Shown here: positions 33,201 through 44,184 of the stretch, piece after piece
Position numbering within the stretch: the first letter of the stretch is position 1
Layout: every line of letters begins with the position of its first letter
Assembly (NCBI GenBank): GCA_002269645.1
Contig: NIVC01000274.1
Coordinates: 1-64,000, forward strand
Reading direction: 5' to 3'
Origin: Macrostomum lignano
Taxonomy: Eukaryota
Length of the DNA stretch: 64,000 nucleotides
Notes under the pieces: model-generated
The model's database searches: none
Seen by the model: only the letters and a program-made list of their open reading frames with translations
What the model was told of the DNA's origin: nothing
Position numbers and translations under genes: made by a program

Positions 33201-35224
33201 TAGCTGGCACCCCCAACATCGTGAATTTTCTATCAAGGCACCAAACCAGGCATATCTGCAAAGTAGACAGAGCTGAATGCTGAACATGGTTCAGGACCAT
33301 TGTATAATATGATTATGTCTACTGACTGAATGCTGCATGCAGAAGAGGATTCTTTCATTTCAGTTTTGGGAACGCAGCCGTCTCTGCGATGCCGATCGGG
33401 TGCTTTTGTTGAAGGTCCCGACGGTCGCCGCCGATGCTCCAGACGGTAATGAAGGGGACCCTAGTTCCTGGGATGCTGAGAACAAAGACCTTTACGACTG
33501 ATATGCATAGTTTCCTGAGCCGACGTGGTTTCATGATGAGATTTTGTGAACAGAAAAAATTTGCCAATGTTGGTGGTTTTTGCCACCGGACACCCCGAGG
33601 AGAATCGTTGAATATCTCGACGATGCCGATTTTTCGTGATTCTCGGAGTTGCTTCATCGAAAAGAGCGAAAAAATTTAGCCCGTGTTCTGGATTTTGATG
33701 GCAATTGGTTGAATATTTTTGGAGATCCAGACAAAAGAAAAATGTGTGTATTTGAAATACACCTCCCATGGTCTTTCTACTGTTAAGCGCCCTCTGTCTT
33801 CTTTAAGCGCCTTCTGTCTTAAAACGTCATCTGTCTTCTTCAAGCGTCTCCCGTCTTCTTCAAGCAATTCCTGTCAAGAGATGATTCAACTAGATTATTT
33901 CGCTTTTCATGGCAACGTTAACTCTTTTTTTTCTCTTCAGCCCAGCAATCGAACTTCAGCACAGTCAAGTAAGTTAATAAGCTTTTCGAAAAATCATGCG
34001 GGGAACTAGCCTCGAAATTTTAACACAAGTTCATGCCTGCCATTAAGGAGCAGACTCAGCGATCGGTTCAGCAGACAGCAGCAAAACTACCAGCGGAAAA
34101 AATGGTGGAGTCAAAATGGGACGAAAGACATTCTATGACGATCTGGATGCTGGGCAAGTGGTGAGCAAAGTAACGCTGTCTTACTTTGAAGCTGTCAGTT
34201 TATAAAAGTGAGTCACTCGATTCCTAGCTGCAGTACGAATGCCAGCTAGGGAATTCCCAGAAGTAGTATGATTGCCAGCTAGGGGATTCCCAGAAGTAGT
34301 ACGATTGCCAGCTAGGGGATTCCCAGAAGTAGTACGAATGCCAGCTAGGGGATTCCCAGAAGTAGTACGAATGCCAGCTAGGGGATTCCCAGAAGTAGTA
34401 TGATTGCCAGCTAGGGGATTCCCAGAAGTAGTACGAATGCCAGCTAGGGGATTCCCAGAAGTAGTACGAATGCCAGCTAGGGGATTCCCAGAAGTAGTAT
34501 GATTGCCAGCTAGGGGATTCCCAGAAGTAGTATGATTGCCAGCTAGGGATTCCCAGAAGTGGTATGATTGCCAGCTAGGGATTCCCAGAAGTAGTATGAT
34601 TGCCAGCTAGGGGATTCCCAGAAGTAGTACGTTTGTCAGCTAGGGGATTCCCAGCAACAGGAGAATTGCCAGCTAGGGGATTCCCAGCCAACAGGAGAAT
34701 TTCCAGCTAGGGGATTCCCAGCCAACAGGAGAATTTCCAGCTAGGGGATTCCCAGCAACAGAAGGATTGCAGGCCAGGAGATTCCAAGGAGAGGGGGGAT
34801 TGACGGTCAGGGGATTCCCAGCAACAGAGGGTTTTCCAGCCAGGGGATTTCCGCTTTAGTTGCTAAGCGGATGCTCAAAATGCCAATTTCCGGCCGCCCG
34901 CAGGAGCTGACCCACCAGCCGGAGTTCGTGCACATGCAGACCCTGACGCGGGGCGCGGTGTTCGGCCTGCAGGACCTGTTCAAACCCGACCAGCCCAGCC
35001 TGTGCGTGGTTAGCAACGGTGCCGAGTGCCTGCTGTTAGACAAAGCGTTCTTTCTCGAGCATTCGCCTCGCCAGCTGCTGGACCGGTTGCGCAACCGGGT
35101 GACTCACTATCCCAGCCGGGCGCAGCTGCAGACACGGCTGCAGGAGAGGGTCAACTGGGAGGCCTACAAGCAGCTGCTAGTGCGCGGCGCCGTCAGGCGG
35201 CAGAGCGATGGAGGGAAACGATGA
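24274..35224 (+). CDS. CNBD2: Cyclic nucleotide-binding domain protein (CNBD2-like), about 711 aa. Modelled exons: 24274-24564, 25769-25920, 26986-27223, 28203-28291, 28376-28449, 29767-29927, 30116-30186, 30295-30372, 30458-30518, 31163-31585, 33941-33968, 34048-34160, 34868-35224
   Basis: All modelled junctions are GT-AG and phase-consistent. cNMP domain: FNPGRIIVRQ...AFYFILFG|VMV...GDSFGELAIMNRSRRQSTV; second degenerate domain KWIYILKS|GSARV...VFGLQDL...SNGAECLLL. First exon and exons 11-13 boundaries are less certain. Confidence 0.8.
24590..25640. repeat. 23-bp G-rich minisatellite (GAGGGGAATTGTAGAGAATCGGG) in CNBD2 intron 1
   Basis: Visible tandem array; 23-aa periodicity in reverse ORFs. 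Confidence 0.97.
26420..26883. repeat. 21-bp minisatellite (TTGTTCAATCCTTATCAATCT)
   Basis: Visible array; FNPYQSL periodicity. Confidence 0.95.
27305..27995. repeat. 25-bp minisatellite (CAGGTCATAGAGATGTGGCTTCAAT)
   Basis: Visible array. Confidence 0.97.
28484..29460. repeat. 24-bp minisatellite (GAGGGTTGCTTCCGTCTGGTCATT)
   Basis: Visible array; 8-aa periodicity. Confidence 0.97.
30590..31080. repeat. Purine-rich approximately 20-bp minisatellite (AGAGAGGGATCAGGGAG...)
   Basis: Visible degenerate array. Confidence 0.9.
31630..33870. repeat. Approximately 19-bp minisatellite (CGCCCCTGTCTTCTTTAAG), interrupted by a foldback element at 32617-33782
   Basis: Array at 31630-32616 resumes at 33783-33870. 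Confidence 0.93.
32617..33782. mobile_element. Foldback/MITE-like DNA element (1166 bp), 3-bp TTA target duplication (PIF/Harbinger- or Zator-like)
   Basis: Terminal CAGTAGAAAGACC / GGTCTTTCTACTG; TTA on both sides; arms complementary over most of the length, with inner 172-bp arms (32932-33103 / 33311-33482) differing at 4 positions. Confidence 0.85.
34240..34852. repeat. 33-bp minisatellite (GCCAGCTAGGGGATTCCCAGAAGTAGTACGAAT) and variants
   Basis: Visible array in the last CNBD2 intron. Confidence 0.95.
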
Positions 35225-36479
35225 TCTTCAAATGAAAATAAAAACTTATCAACAACATTTAATTTCGTGCGCAACGACAGGACTTTATGCGAATATCTGG
35301 ATGTTTGCTCAACTGGAACAGATAATTCCGTTTGCTCTACTCAGTCTCCTCTAACTATCTTCTTTACTTCTTATTACCTTCCTCTGCTCTCATCTCATCT
35401 CATCTCATCTTATCTTCTCTCCTCTCCTCTTATCTAATCTCTCCTTTCATCTCATAAACTCTCCTATTCTCTTCTTCTCATCTCATCTCTCTTCTCTTAT
35501 CTCCCACGTAGTGTACTCGTCTCACCTAATATCTTATTACTCTCCTCTCTTTTCGCTCCCCGTTCTCCTTTCTCATTTCTGCTATGGCTTGGCCATAGAT
35601 ATGAATCCGAGCACAGGCTGCTCTTTATTTTTCTAACTTGAACACTACTATGTGCATGCGTTAAAAAGTTAAGTTATATAAAAAGGAGAGCTCAGAACTG
35701 AGCGAAAATATACGTAACTAGGCAGCTGCGAGCTGCAAATCCGACAACATCAGCCTCAGCCTCCGAAAGCCTCAGCCATAACAATTTCGTTTTTCACTTC
35801 ACTCCTCCTCGACCAATTCAATCACATCTTCTACTTGTTCCAAAAATTTTTTTGTTAAAATTCGTCAATATTTTCAAATAAGTTTTGTCCCTTGCTTCGT
35901 GCTGCCTTGTAAAATGGTTTAGCGGAAACTCAATAATTAATTTTTAATTTTTTTAGAATTTTTGTGACGTAAAAATAACTATGCTCATTTTAAGTACCCG
36001 TACTATGTAAATATACGATTCTTAGAAAGACACGAAATTTATTTATATGCTTTAGTTATTTTAAAAAAAGCAAATAACACAAACGCTCGATGTGACACAT
36101 CTTTATTATTATTAAACAATAATACAAGTAATAAGTCGACAGAATTAATAAAAATAATTTATTAATAATAGTTTTCAGTAGTCTGTGCTGGAGTCAAACT
36201 TGGACCAGTCAGATGTAGAAGAAATGCAGTTGAATGAAATCAATACAAATTGAGCCAAATGAAACCATTGATCGCTTAATTTGTCCGTCAATAAGTCAAG
36301 CCAATACGCATCGTACACAAAGAATCGATTAATCAATAAAGTTATCAACCAATCAACCAATCTATCTACCTGTCTATCAGCCAGTCAGTCAAATAATAGA
36401 TTAATTCAGCGTTCAATTCGTCATTAAACTTATCAACCCCAACCTATCAATCAAAAAATCAATAAATATATCCATGTAA

Positions 36480-36524
36480 CCCAATCAGTCGATCAAAAAT
36501 CTATCATTTAATCTATAAGTTGAT

Positions 36525-36568
<44 letters not shown>

Positions 36569-36725
36569 TATCCAACCAATCAGTCAATCACTCAATCAAT
36601 CGATCAATCAATCAATCACCACTCAATCAATCAATCAATCAATCAGTCAATCAGTTAATCAATCATTCTATCAATTAATCAATCAATCAATAAATCAATC
36701 AATGTTTTTTCATCAATCAAACTAT
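36480..36725. repeat. (AATC)n degenerate microsatellite
   Basis: Visible. Confidence 0.9.
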
Positions 36726-36736
36726 CAAACATTAAA

Positions 36737-38786
36737 TCAGGAGTGATTATGGCTCCAATCGTAGGGCAGGTAGGAGATTCTCGGCCGGCCCCCGGTCGCC
36801 CGCAAGGCCGCCTCCACGGCCTCCCGTTTGCCGCCCGGTGGCAGGTGCTCGGCCACCCAGGCCGCGATGCTTCCGCCGGCCGAGTCAGCAAAATCGGCTG
36901 AGTACCAGCGGAACAGGGCCGACAGGGCCAGCGAGCGACCGTCCTCGGACACCCGGACAGCATCGTCGCCGGACAGGTAGGCCCGGCCGGCCATGAGCAG
37001 CTGGTCGCGCAGGCCGGCCGCTCTGTAGGCCCGGATTGGCGGGCAGCCGCGGGCGCCGCAGTTCAAAGCGAAGTGAATCAGCGGCTCCGGCCGGTCGAGC
37101 GGCACCGCCCGACGGCGCGGGTCGGACCGGCCAAACGGCGCCCGGAGGAGGCCGGGACCGCGCCGATTGGCTCGAAGGACGCCGTGCTCGATGTCCAGCA
37201 GCGAGTAGCTCTGGCCGCCGATGATGTAGGCGGAGCCGGCGAAGAATCTGTAGCGGCTCCACAGGCTGGTTGGCGGCCCCCTGGCCAGCTTGGCGTGCAG
37301 CACCAGGGCATTGTAGACGTTGATGAAGAAGGCCAGGCGCTCGTCTGGGCTCCCAGCCTCCGGGTTGACTCGCTGCAGCCGGCGAGCCAGCAGGCGGTAG
37401 GCGGCGAACTGCTCGGACTCGGCCAGCTTGCCGTAGTCCACCTGGGCGGGGCGGGGGTGGGTGGAGACTGAGGTCATGAAACTTCAAATCTCAAATATAG
37501 CTGTTGAATTTTGGATAAATAATGCTTATTAATTATTACTTTAATTACAAGCTCGAAACTTCGCGAGTTCAAAGAGAACAATTATGAGGGCCGACCCCCC
37601 CCCTCCAAAGCACAGAGAGTGTACATGCCTGACGATTAGAAAGTCAGGGCCGCTGTGCACCCTGTGTGAGTGCCTGCCTGCGTACAGCATTGGCGTGCTT
37701 GCGTGTGCTCAGGAGTCAGCGGAATGGGCAGAATGGCCTCAGCGCTGAGATCTGGGACGATGTCGCCGAAGGCGTTGCGTCAGGGTGCCCGGAACCCACG
37801 TGTAAAAAATTATTATTAATTACAAGAGATTCACAAGTAGGAAACTTTGATAGATGTGATCGATGATGTGAGAGTTCGAGCTTGTAAAATTTCCTTGCGC
37901 CCAAAGTGCCCGCCAGCCAACAAGCGGCGCTGCTCACACTGCGGCCATCCTGGCTGATGCACAGGCCCTGGATCTCCAGCATGAGGCAGCGCAGCTGTTC
38001 ACCAATCGTCGACAGGCTGTCCGGCGGCCGGCAGCGCCAATCGGCGGCGTCGGCGTTCAACGCGCCGCTGCCGAGCCAATCAGCGTCCAACGGACGGTAC
38101 AGCGCGTCGGCGTTCTCCACGGCTAGCCCATCGCTGTCGCCGTCGCCGTTGCCGTAGACTCGCCGACAGAGGCCGCCGCTAAGCAGGAGGTCGCCAATTC
38201 GGCGAATCCGTTCGGCACTCCAGCCGTGCTGCTGGGCGGCCCAGCGCGCGAAGCCGGCGCCGGTGAAGGTGCGCGGGTAGCGCCAGAAGCACCGCCAGTG
38301 AGTGCCAAAGGCAGCAGCGTCCGCATTATCAGCGGAGGCGACGTCGGAGTCGAGACGCATCGCCTCGAGCGCCGCGGCAGCTTCGTCCAGTTCGCACGGC
38401 AGCAAACGATCGAGGATGTCGTCGGCGAGGTCGGCAGCCGCGGGGTCGATGTCGGCCGGCCCGGGTAGCGGCGGCCGCAGACCGTCGGGTGCCGCCGCGT
38501 GCTCCTTCTGCAGCTGGTCGAGAGTCGCCAGCCGCAGGCTGTCGGCGCCGCCGATGCAACGGCCGCCGAGGAAGACGAGCGGAGCGGCGGCTGCTCGACC
38601 TTCAGCTCGGCGCAGGACCTCGTCGATGAAGGCGGGCAGGCAGCGGTCGAGTCGCACAACGTTGGCGGAGAGACGGAGGCTCTGCAGGGCCGCCTGGGCC
38701 GCGGCGCAGCTGGGGCAGCCGGCCGTCGTGTACAGCGTGACCTCCGGCATGTCTCCGGTGTCAATTATTGGCTCGGCGGAGGTCAT
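36737..38786 (-). CDS. Glutaredoxin-DEP-DUF547 domain protein, 517 aa; exons 38786-37938 and 37441-36737
   Basis: VTLYTTAGCPSC...PLVFLGGRCIGG (Grx); RTFTGAGFARW...IGDLLL...LYR (DEP); DGRS|VDY...ERLAFFINVYNALVLH...DIEHGVLR...IHFALNCGARGCP...YLPYDWS (DUF547); phase-0 GT-AG intron. Confidence 0.88.
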
Positions 38787-39059
38787 GCCAGCAGGTGTTG
38801 ATTGCGTCTGTAGCTGAAAATTTATAAATAATATCCTACTATACTACTGACTTGGCTTGCTTTCTATCATTGGAGGTAGCATGCAAGTAGGCTATTTTTA
38901 TATATTTAGAGTTTAAAGATGCATTGCTGCATGGTAGCGGCTTTTGTGAATCTATCGCTAATGTTAAATCAATAAATCAATAAATAAATCAAACACTCAA
39001 TGAATTAATGAGTCAGTTATGTGATTGGCTACCAGCCAATAATTACTGTAGTCATCGCT

Positions 39060-39656
39060 AAGTAAATAAATCTATCAATTAAATAATTAATCAATCATTA
39101 GTCAACCCATCACGTAAATTATTTGATTAATAAGTTAGTCAATCAAGAAACCAATCAATCAATCAATCAATCAATCGAATGATCAATCAGTGATTAAGCA
39201 ATCAATCGATCAATAAGCCAATCAACCAATCAATCAATCAATCAGTCAGTCAAACAATCGATCAGTAATCAAGAAAGCAATCAATCAATCAGTCAGTCAA
39301 TCAATCAATCAGTAATCAAGCAATCAATCAATCAATAAGCCAATCAATCAATCAATAAATCAATGGATAAATTAATCAGTCAATCAATCCGTCCATCAGC
39401 AATAAATCAATCACGATTAATCAGTCAGTCAGTCAATCAATCAATCAGTCAATCAATCAATCAGCCAATCAATCAATCAGTCAATCAATCAGTCAATTAA
39501 TCAATCAGTCAATCAGTAAATCAATCATTATTCAATCAACCAATTAATCAGTCCATCCGCAATCAATCAATCACGATTAATCAGTTAGTCATTAAATCAA
39601 TCAGTCAATCAATCAATCAATCAGTCAATCAATCAGCCAATCAATCAATCAATCAG

Positions 39657-39699
<43 letters not shown>

Positions 39700-39740
39700 G
39701 TCAATCGAAAATCAATCAAGCAGTCAATAAAAAATCAATC
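39060..39740. repeat. (AATC)n degenerate microsatellite
   Basis: Visible. Confidence 0.93.
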
Positions 39741-40665
39741 AATGAGTCATTTAATGTGCCTAGACTACCACTCAGTTCATTAGCCATCATTAAATAAACA
39801 AATAATCAATCATTAAACCAATCTACTCGATCCAGACATCATTCTATTCTGGTCTGCGGTTCCTATAAGCCTTATCCAGTATTAAAAAATCACTAGAAGC
39901 TCATATTTGCAAACTTATTTAATAAAAAAACAAACATCTGACAGAGTAGTTTTGGAACGCCTGATAGGAATGAATGAAAGGTTTCTTGGAAACTGACAAA
40001 TCTTTTTTGTAAGGCACGATTAAATAAAGTTAATTAAGAAGTTCAGCATGCTTTGAGGCTCAACCGCAGATTAACAAAAAACAATGGACGGTTATAAGAG
40101 CAAAAATATTCTAAAGAAAAAAAACGCGCAGATAAAAAATGTTTAATAGGAAAAGGCGACTCATTGTGAGTGCGTACGAACAATGATAGGATCAGAAAAA
40201 TAGTCAATGAAAAGGAAAAAAAGGAAATGAAAAACAAAATAGTCATTTCGATATATTTTCCATGTTCGATAGGCATAAATTTAGATATTTTTAAACTGAA
40301 AAAAATATTGCAGTGAACAAGTTGGCTTAAAAAGAACCAACCGATAAAAATAACAAAACGAGTCCTCGTGAAGAAAACTGTTTACTCTTGGTCGCTTAGC
40401 AACTGTCAGCAAGATGTCAATCAGCAGCTGGACGGCGAGAGCTTTGCATTGACTACTTTAGTAGTCCGCCAGCGTCAGGGTTTGGCTGAAAGTGCAAATT
40501 TTTATTCCATTTTTAACATTTGCGTAGGAAACTTTTACAATGCATCAACTATTTGTAAAGGATTTTTACTCAAATCGTACTACTTATAGAACTTGTATCA
40601 GAAGTATTTGTACAAAAACTATAGATATGCAAAAGCACTATTGCTGGAATACAGAAAAGCTCAAT

Positions 40666-41815
40666 GATGGATCAGGGGTGGCTTACTGAAGAATCAGGTG
40701 TTGGCTTACTGATGGATCAGGGGTGGCTCACTGATGGATCAGGGGTGGCTTACTGATGGATCAGGGGTAGCTCACTGAAGATCAGGGGTGGCTCACTGAA
40801 GATCAGGGGTTGGCTCACTGAAGATCAGGGGTGGCTCACTGAAGATCAGGGGTTGGCTCACTGAAGATCAGGGGTGGCTCACTGATGGATCAGGGGTGGC
40901 TTACTGAAGAATCAGGGGTGGCTCACTGATGGATCAGGGGTAGCTCACTGAAGATCAGGGGTGGCTTACTGATGGATCAGGGGTAGCTCACTGAAGATCA
41001 GGGGTGGCTCACTGATGGATCAGGGGTGGCTCACTGATGGATCAGGGGTAGCTCACTGATGGATCAGGGGTGGCTCACTGATGGATCAGGGGGTGGCTCA
41101 CTGAAGGATCAGGGGTGGCTCACTGATGGATTAGGGGGTGGCTCACTGATGGATCAGGGGTAGCTTACTGAAGGATCAGGGGTAGCTCACTGAAGGATCA
41201 GGGGTGGCTCACTGATGGATTAGGGGGTGGCTCACTGATGGATCAGGGGTAGCTTACTGAAGGATCAGGGGTAGCTCACTGAAGGATCAGGGGTAGCTCA
41301 CTGATGGATCAGGGGTGGCTCACTGATGGATCAGGGGTGGCTCACTGAAGGATCAGGGGTAGCTCACTGATGGATCAGGGGTAGCTCACTGATGGATCAG
41401 GGGTAGCTCACTGAAGGATCAGGGGTGGCTCACTGAAGGATCAGGGGTGGCTCACTGATGGATTAGGGGGTGGCTCACTGAAGGATCAGGGGTGGCTCAC
41501 TGATCGATAAGGGGGTGGCTCACTGATCGATAAGGGGGTGGCTCACTGAAGGATCAGGGTTGGCTCACTGATGGATCAGGGGTGGTTCACTGATGGATAA
41601 GGGGGTGGCTCACTGAAGGATCAGGGGTGGCTCACTGATCGATAAGGGGGTGGCTCACTGAAGGATCAGGGTTGGCTCACTGATGGATCAGGGGTAGCTC
41701 ACTGAAGGATCAGGGGTAGCTAGCTCACTGATGGATAAGGGGTAGCTCACTGAAGGATCAGGGTTGGCTCACTGAAGGATCAGGGGTAGCTCACTGATGG
41801 ATATGGGGTGGCTGA
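40666..41815. repeat. 22-23-bp minisatellite (TGATGGATCAGGGGTGGCTCAC)
   Basis: Visible array. Confidence 0.97.
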
Positions 41816-42297
41816 CTGTATACTCGCTTGGCTATCCCAATTTAAGCGCATATTTTTCATTAGTACATTTTTACTAACTGTCAACAGGAGCAGCAGCTAA
41901 AGCATGCAGGCGGGCGGGCTCACAGTTAGGAGCCAGCCGGGAGAGGGGAAGGCAGACAAGCCATAATTTGCTTGAGTACACGCACGTGCCCCCGAACTGT
42001 ACACTTGGTGGCCACGCATTTTCCGCTTCCCGCCTAGTTGCCATGGTAACCAGTATATGGAAAGCAACAGAACCAGCATTGTTGGGTGTGTACGCATTGG
42101 GAGAATAATAATCTCTCCAGGATAGAGGAAATGCGGCGCCGCGAGAGAGGCTGGGGGGGAGGCGAAGGGAAAGAAGATATGCAAAAATGCAAGAGCGCTT
42201 CTCTCCATACTGGCTCATGCAGGTAATGCAGGTAAATCCACAGCATAGAGCTTCATAGTCTTCATCTAGATATTTTAGACATGCATTGACAAAAAAC

Positions 42298-44184
42298 TCA
42301 CAGCATGGATCGCGGCTTTGCTGTGGGTTGCTGCTGCTGCTGCTGCTGCTGAGTAGCCAGCTCCCCATCCTCCAATTGCTCAATCTCCTCCATCTCGAGG
42401 TCCGCCTTCTCGTGCCGATGAGTGAGCTGGTCGTTTTCAACCAGGTTGGAGACGGATGCGGTGCAGCTGCGCGGATCATCAACCGGCTGGCTGACGGAGA
42501 GAATCGCGCTGAATTGTTGGGGGGAGTCGGGCTTATGGAGGGGCTTATGACAGTTTCATTTTCAGTATCACCTAGAGCTAGTTAAATGCTCAAATCTCAA
42601 ATCATTCTTCCATTTCTCACCTCTTTTTATAAACTCTTCATTCCTGACTGTCAACTCCTCTTCATTCCTCACTATCAACTCTCATTCCTCACTATCAACT
42701 CTCATTCCTCACTATCAACTCTTCATTCCTCACTATCAACTCTCATTCCTCACTATCAACTCTTCATTCCTCACTATAACTCTTCATTCCTCATTTATTA
42801 ATTCTTCATTCCTCACTATCAAGTCCTCATTCCTCACTATTAAGTCTTCATTCCTCATTTATCAATTCTTCATTCCTGACTATCAACTCTTCATTCCTCA
42901 CTATAAAGTCTTCATTCCTCACTATCAACTCTTCATTCCTCACTCTGAAATCCCTATACGTAACTCTGAGTCATTAATTTCTAGCACACAACCCTTCTTC
43001 GCACTCCGAACTCATCTATTCAAACCGGAACACTCTGAGAAAACTCTAAGAATACCTTCGGCTGGAGTGCAGCTGCACCAAAGCCAGCGCCAGGCCCATC
43101 ACAGTGTAGAGACAGCCAACGGCCAGGTAAGCGGCGGCCAGGATGGGATTGCGGCCGCCCATCCAGCCACCGGTGGTGAGCACCAGGGATTTGGTCCCGG
43201 CGAATCCGGTCACGGGGAAAGCGTAAGCCACCTGCGCGAGGTAATTAGCGATAATTATAAAAATGGAACAACTGGATTTGAGGTGGAAGCCTTTATTTTA
43301 CTCCTTACCTGCAAAGTGTAGGTTCCAGCAGGGAGACCGTTGGCGAAGGCCTCGGGCGTGCCGTTGGCTCCGTGTTCAACAATGCGGTGCAGCTTGCGGA
43401 AGTTGGGCATAGCGGCAGTTCGCATCCACACCATCAGCTCTTCGTCGTCTTGGTAACCGGCCGGACTGCGCTGCTGGGCCGAGGCCGGCCATCCAATCGG
43501 CTTCGTGCTGACGTTCCAGTTGGCGCCGGGCCCGTACTTGTACCATTTGTCGCTCTTCCAGGCGATGCCTTGTCTGGTCCAGGGCACCTCAAGCGGATCG
43601 CCGGCAGTTTGATGATAGAACAGCCGGTAGGAGTCGTTGAACATGCTCTTGGCGATGGCGCCGCACGGGGCCACCCACAGTCCGGTGGAGGCGTCCTGAC
43701 GGTAGGGATCGCACTCGCTCAGCAAACCGGAGCTGCGCTCTCCCATCAGTTGAAAATCGTCGCGACTTTTAGCGTATTGCCGGTGACTCTGGTAGAAATT
43801 AGTCAATGCGTAGTAGACGTACACTTGGCCGGACATCGCCTGCGATAGAGTTAGCGTCACGTTGCACACACACGATCGATAGTTGCCATAGTAACCAGGC
43901 ATAGCAACCAGTTCGGCACAGTACAGACCATTGGCGTCGCGGCACTTGGTGTAGTCGACGCTGGCCTCCTGCACTGACTGGGCTGACAGGAGCAGCACAA
44001 CGCCTATTGGGATGAAAATTGCTCCAATCAGAAGGCACATTGGGAAGGCATAGCGGGCCGTCATTAGCGGCTGCCAGGCGGGCAGGCGCTGTTGGTAGAA
44101 GTTTGTATCCTTCGGCTTGCTGACGGAGGTGTCCTTAGTTGCCTCCTGCTCAGCGATATCAACACCCCCCTTTGATGCCGCCAT
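42298..44184 (-). CDS. TMEM30A: CDC50/TMEM30 family P4-ATPase flippase beta-subunit, about 420 aa; exons 44184-43309, 43231-43056, 42508-42298
   Basis: KPKDTNFYQQRLPAWQP, VYVYYALTNFYQSHRQY, PCGAIAKSMFND, VWMRTAAMPNFRKL, WMGGRNPIL. Exons 1-2 are certain; exon 3 is inferred from an in-phase AG|GT...CAG junction. Confidence 0.92.
42640..42945. repeat. 21-bp minisatellite (CTTCATTCCTCACTATCAACT) in the CDC50 last intron
   Basis: Visible array. Confidence 0.92.

Noticed and set aside
36679-38817. Many overlapping alternative-frame ORFs over the Grx-DEP-DUF547 gene (similarly over CDC50 and coronin)
   Set aside because: Shadow ORFs expected in GC-rich coding sequence.
41874-42290. Minus-strand 202-aa ORF with faint RRM-like text (FHILVTMATRREAENA)
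   Set aside because: Its 5' part is an off-frame reading of CDC50 exon 3 and the rest lies just past the CDC50 stop; likely 3' UTR, and the similarity is too weak.
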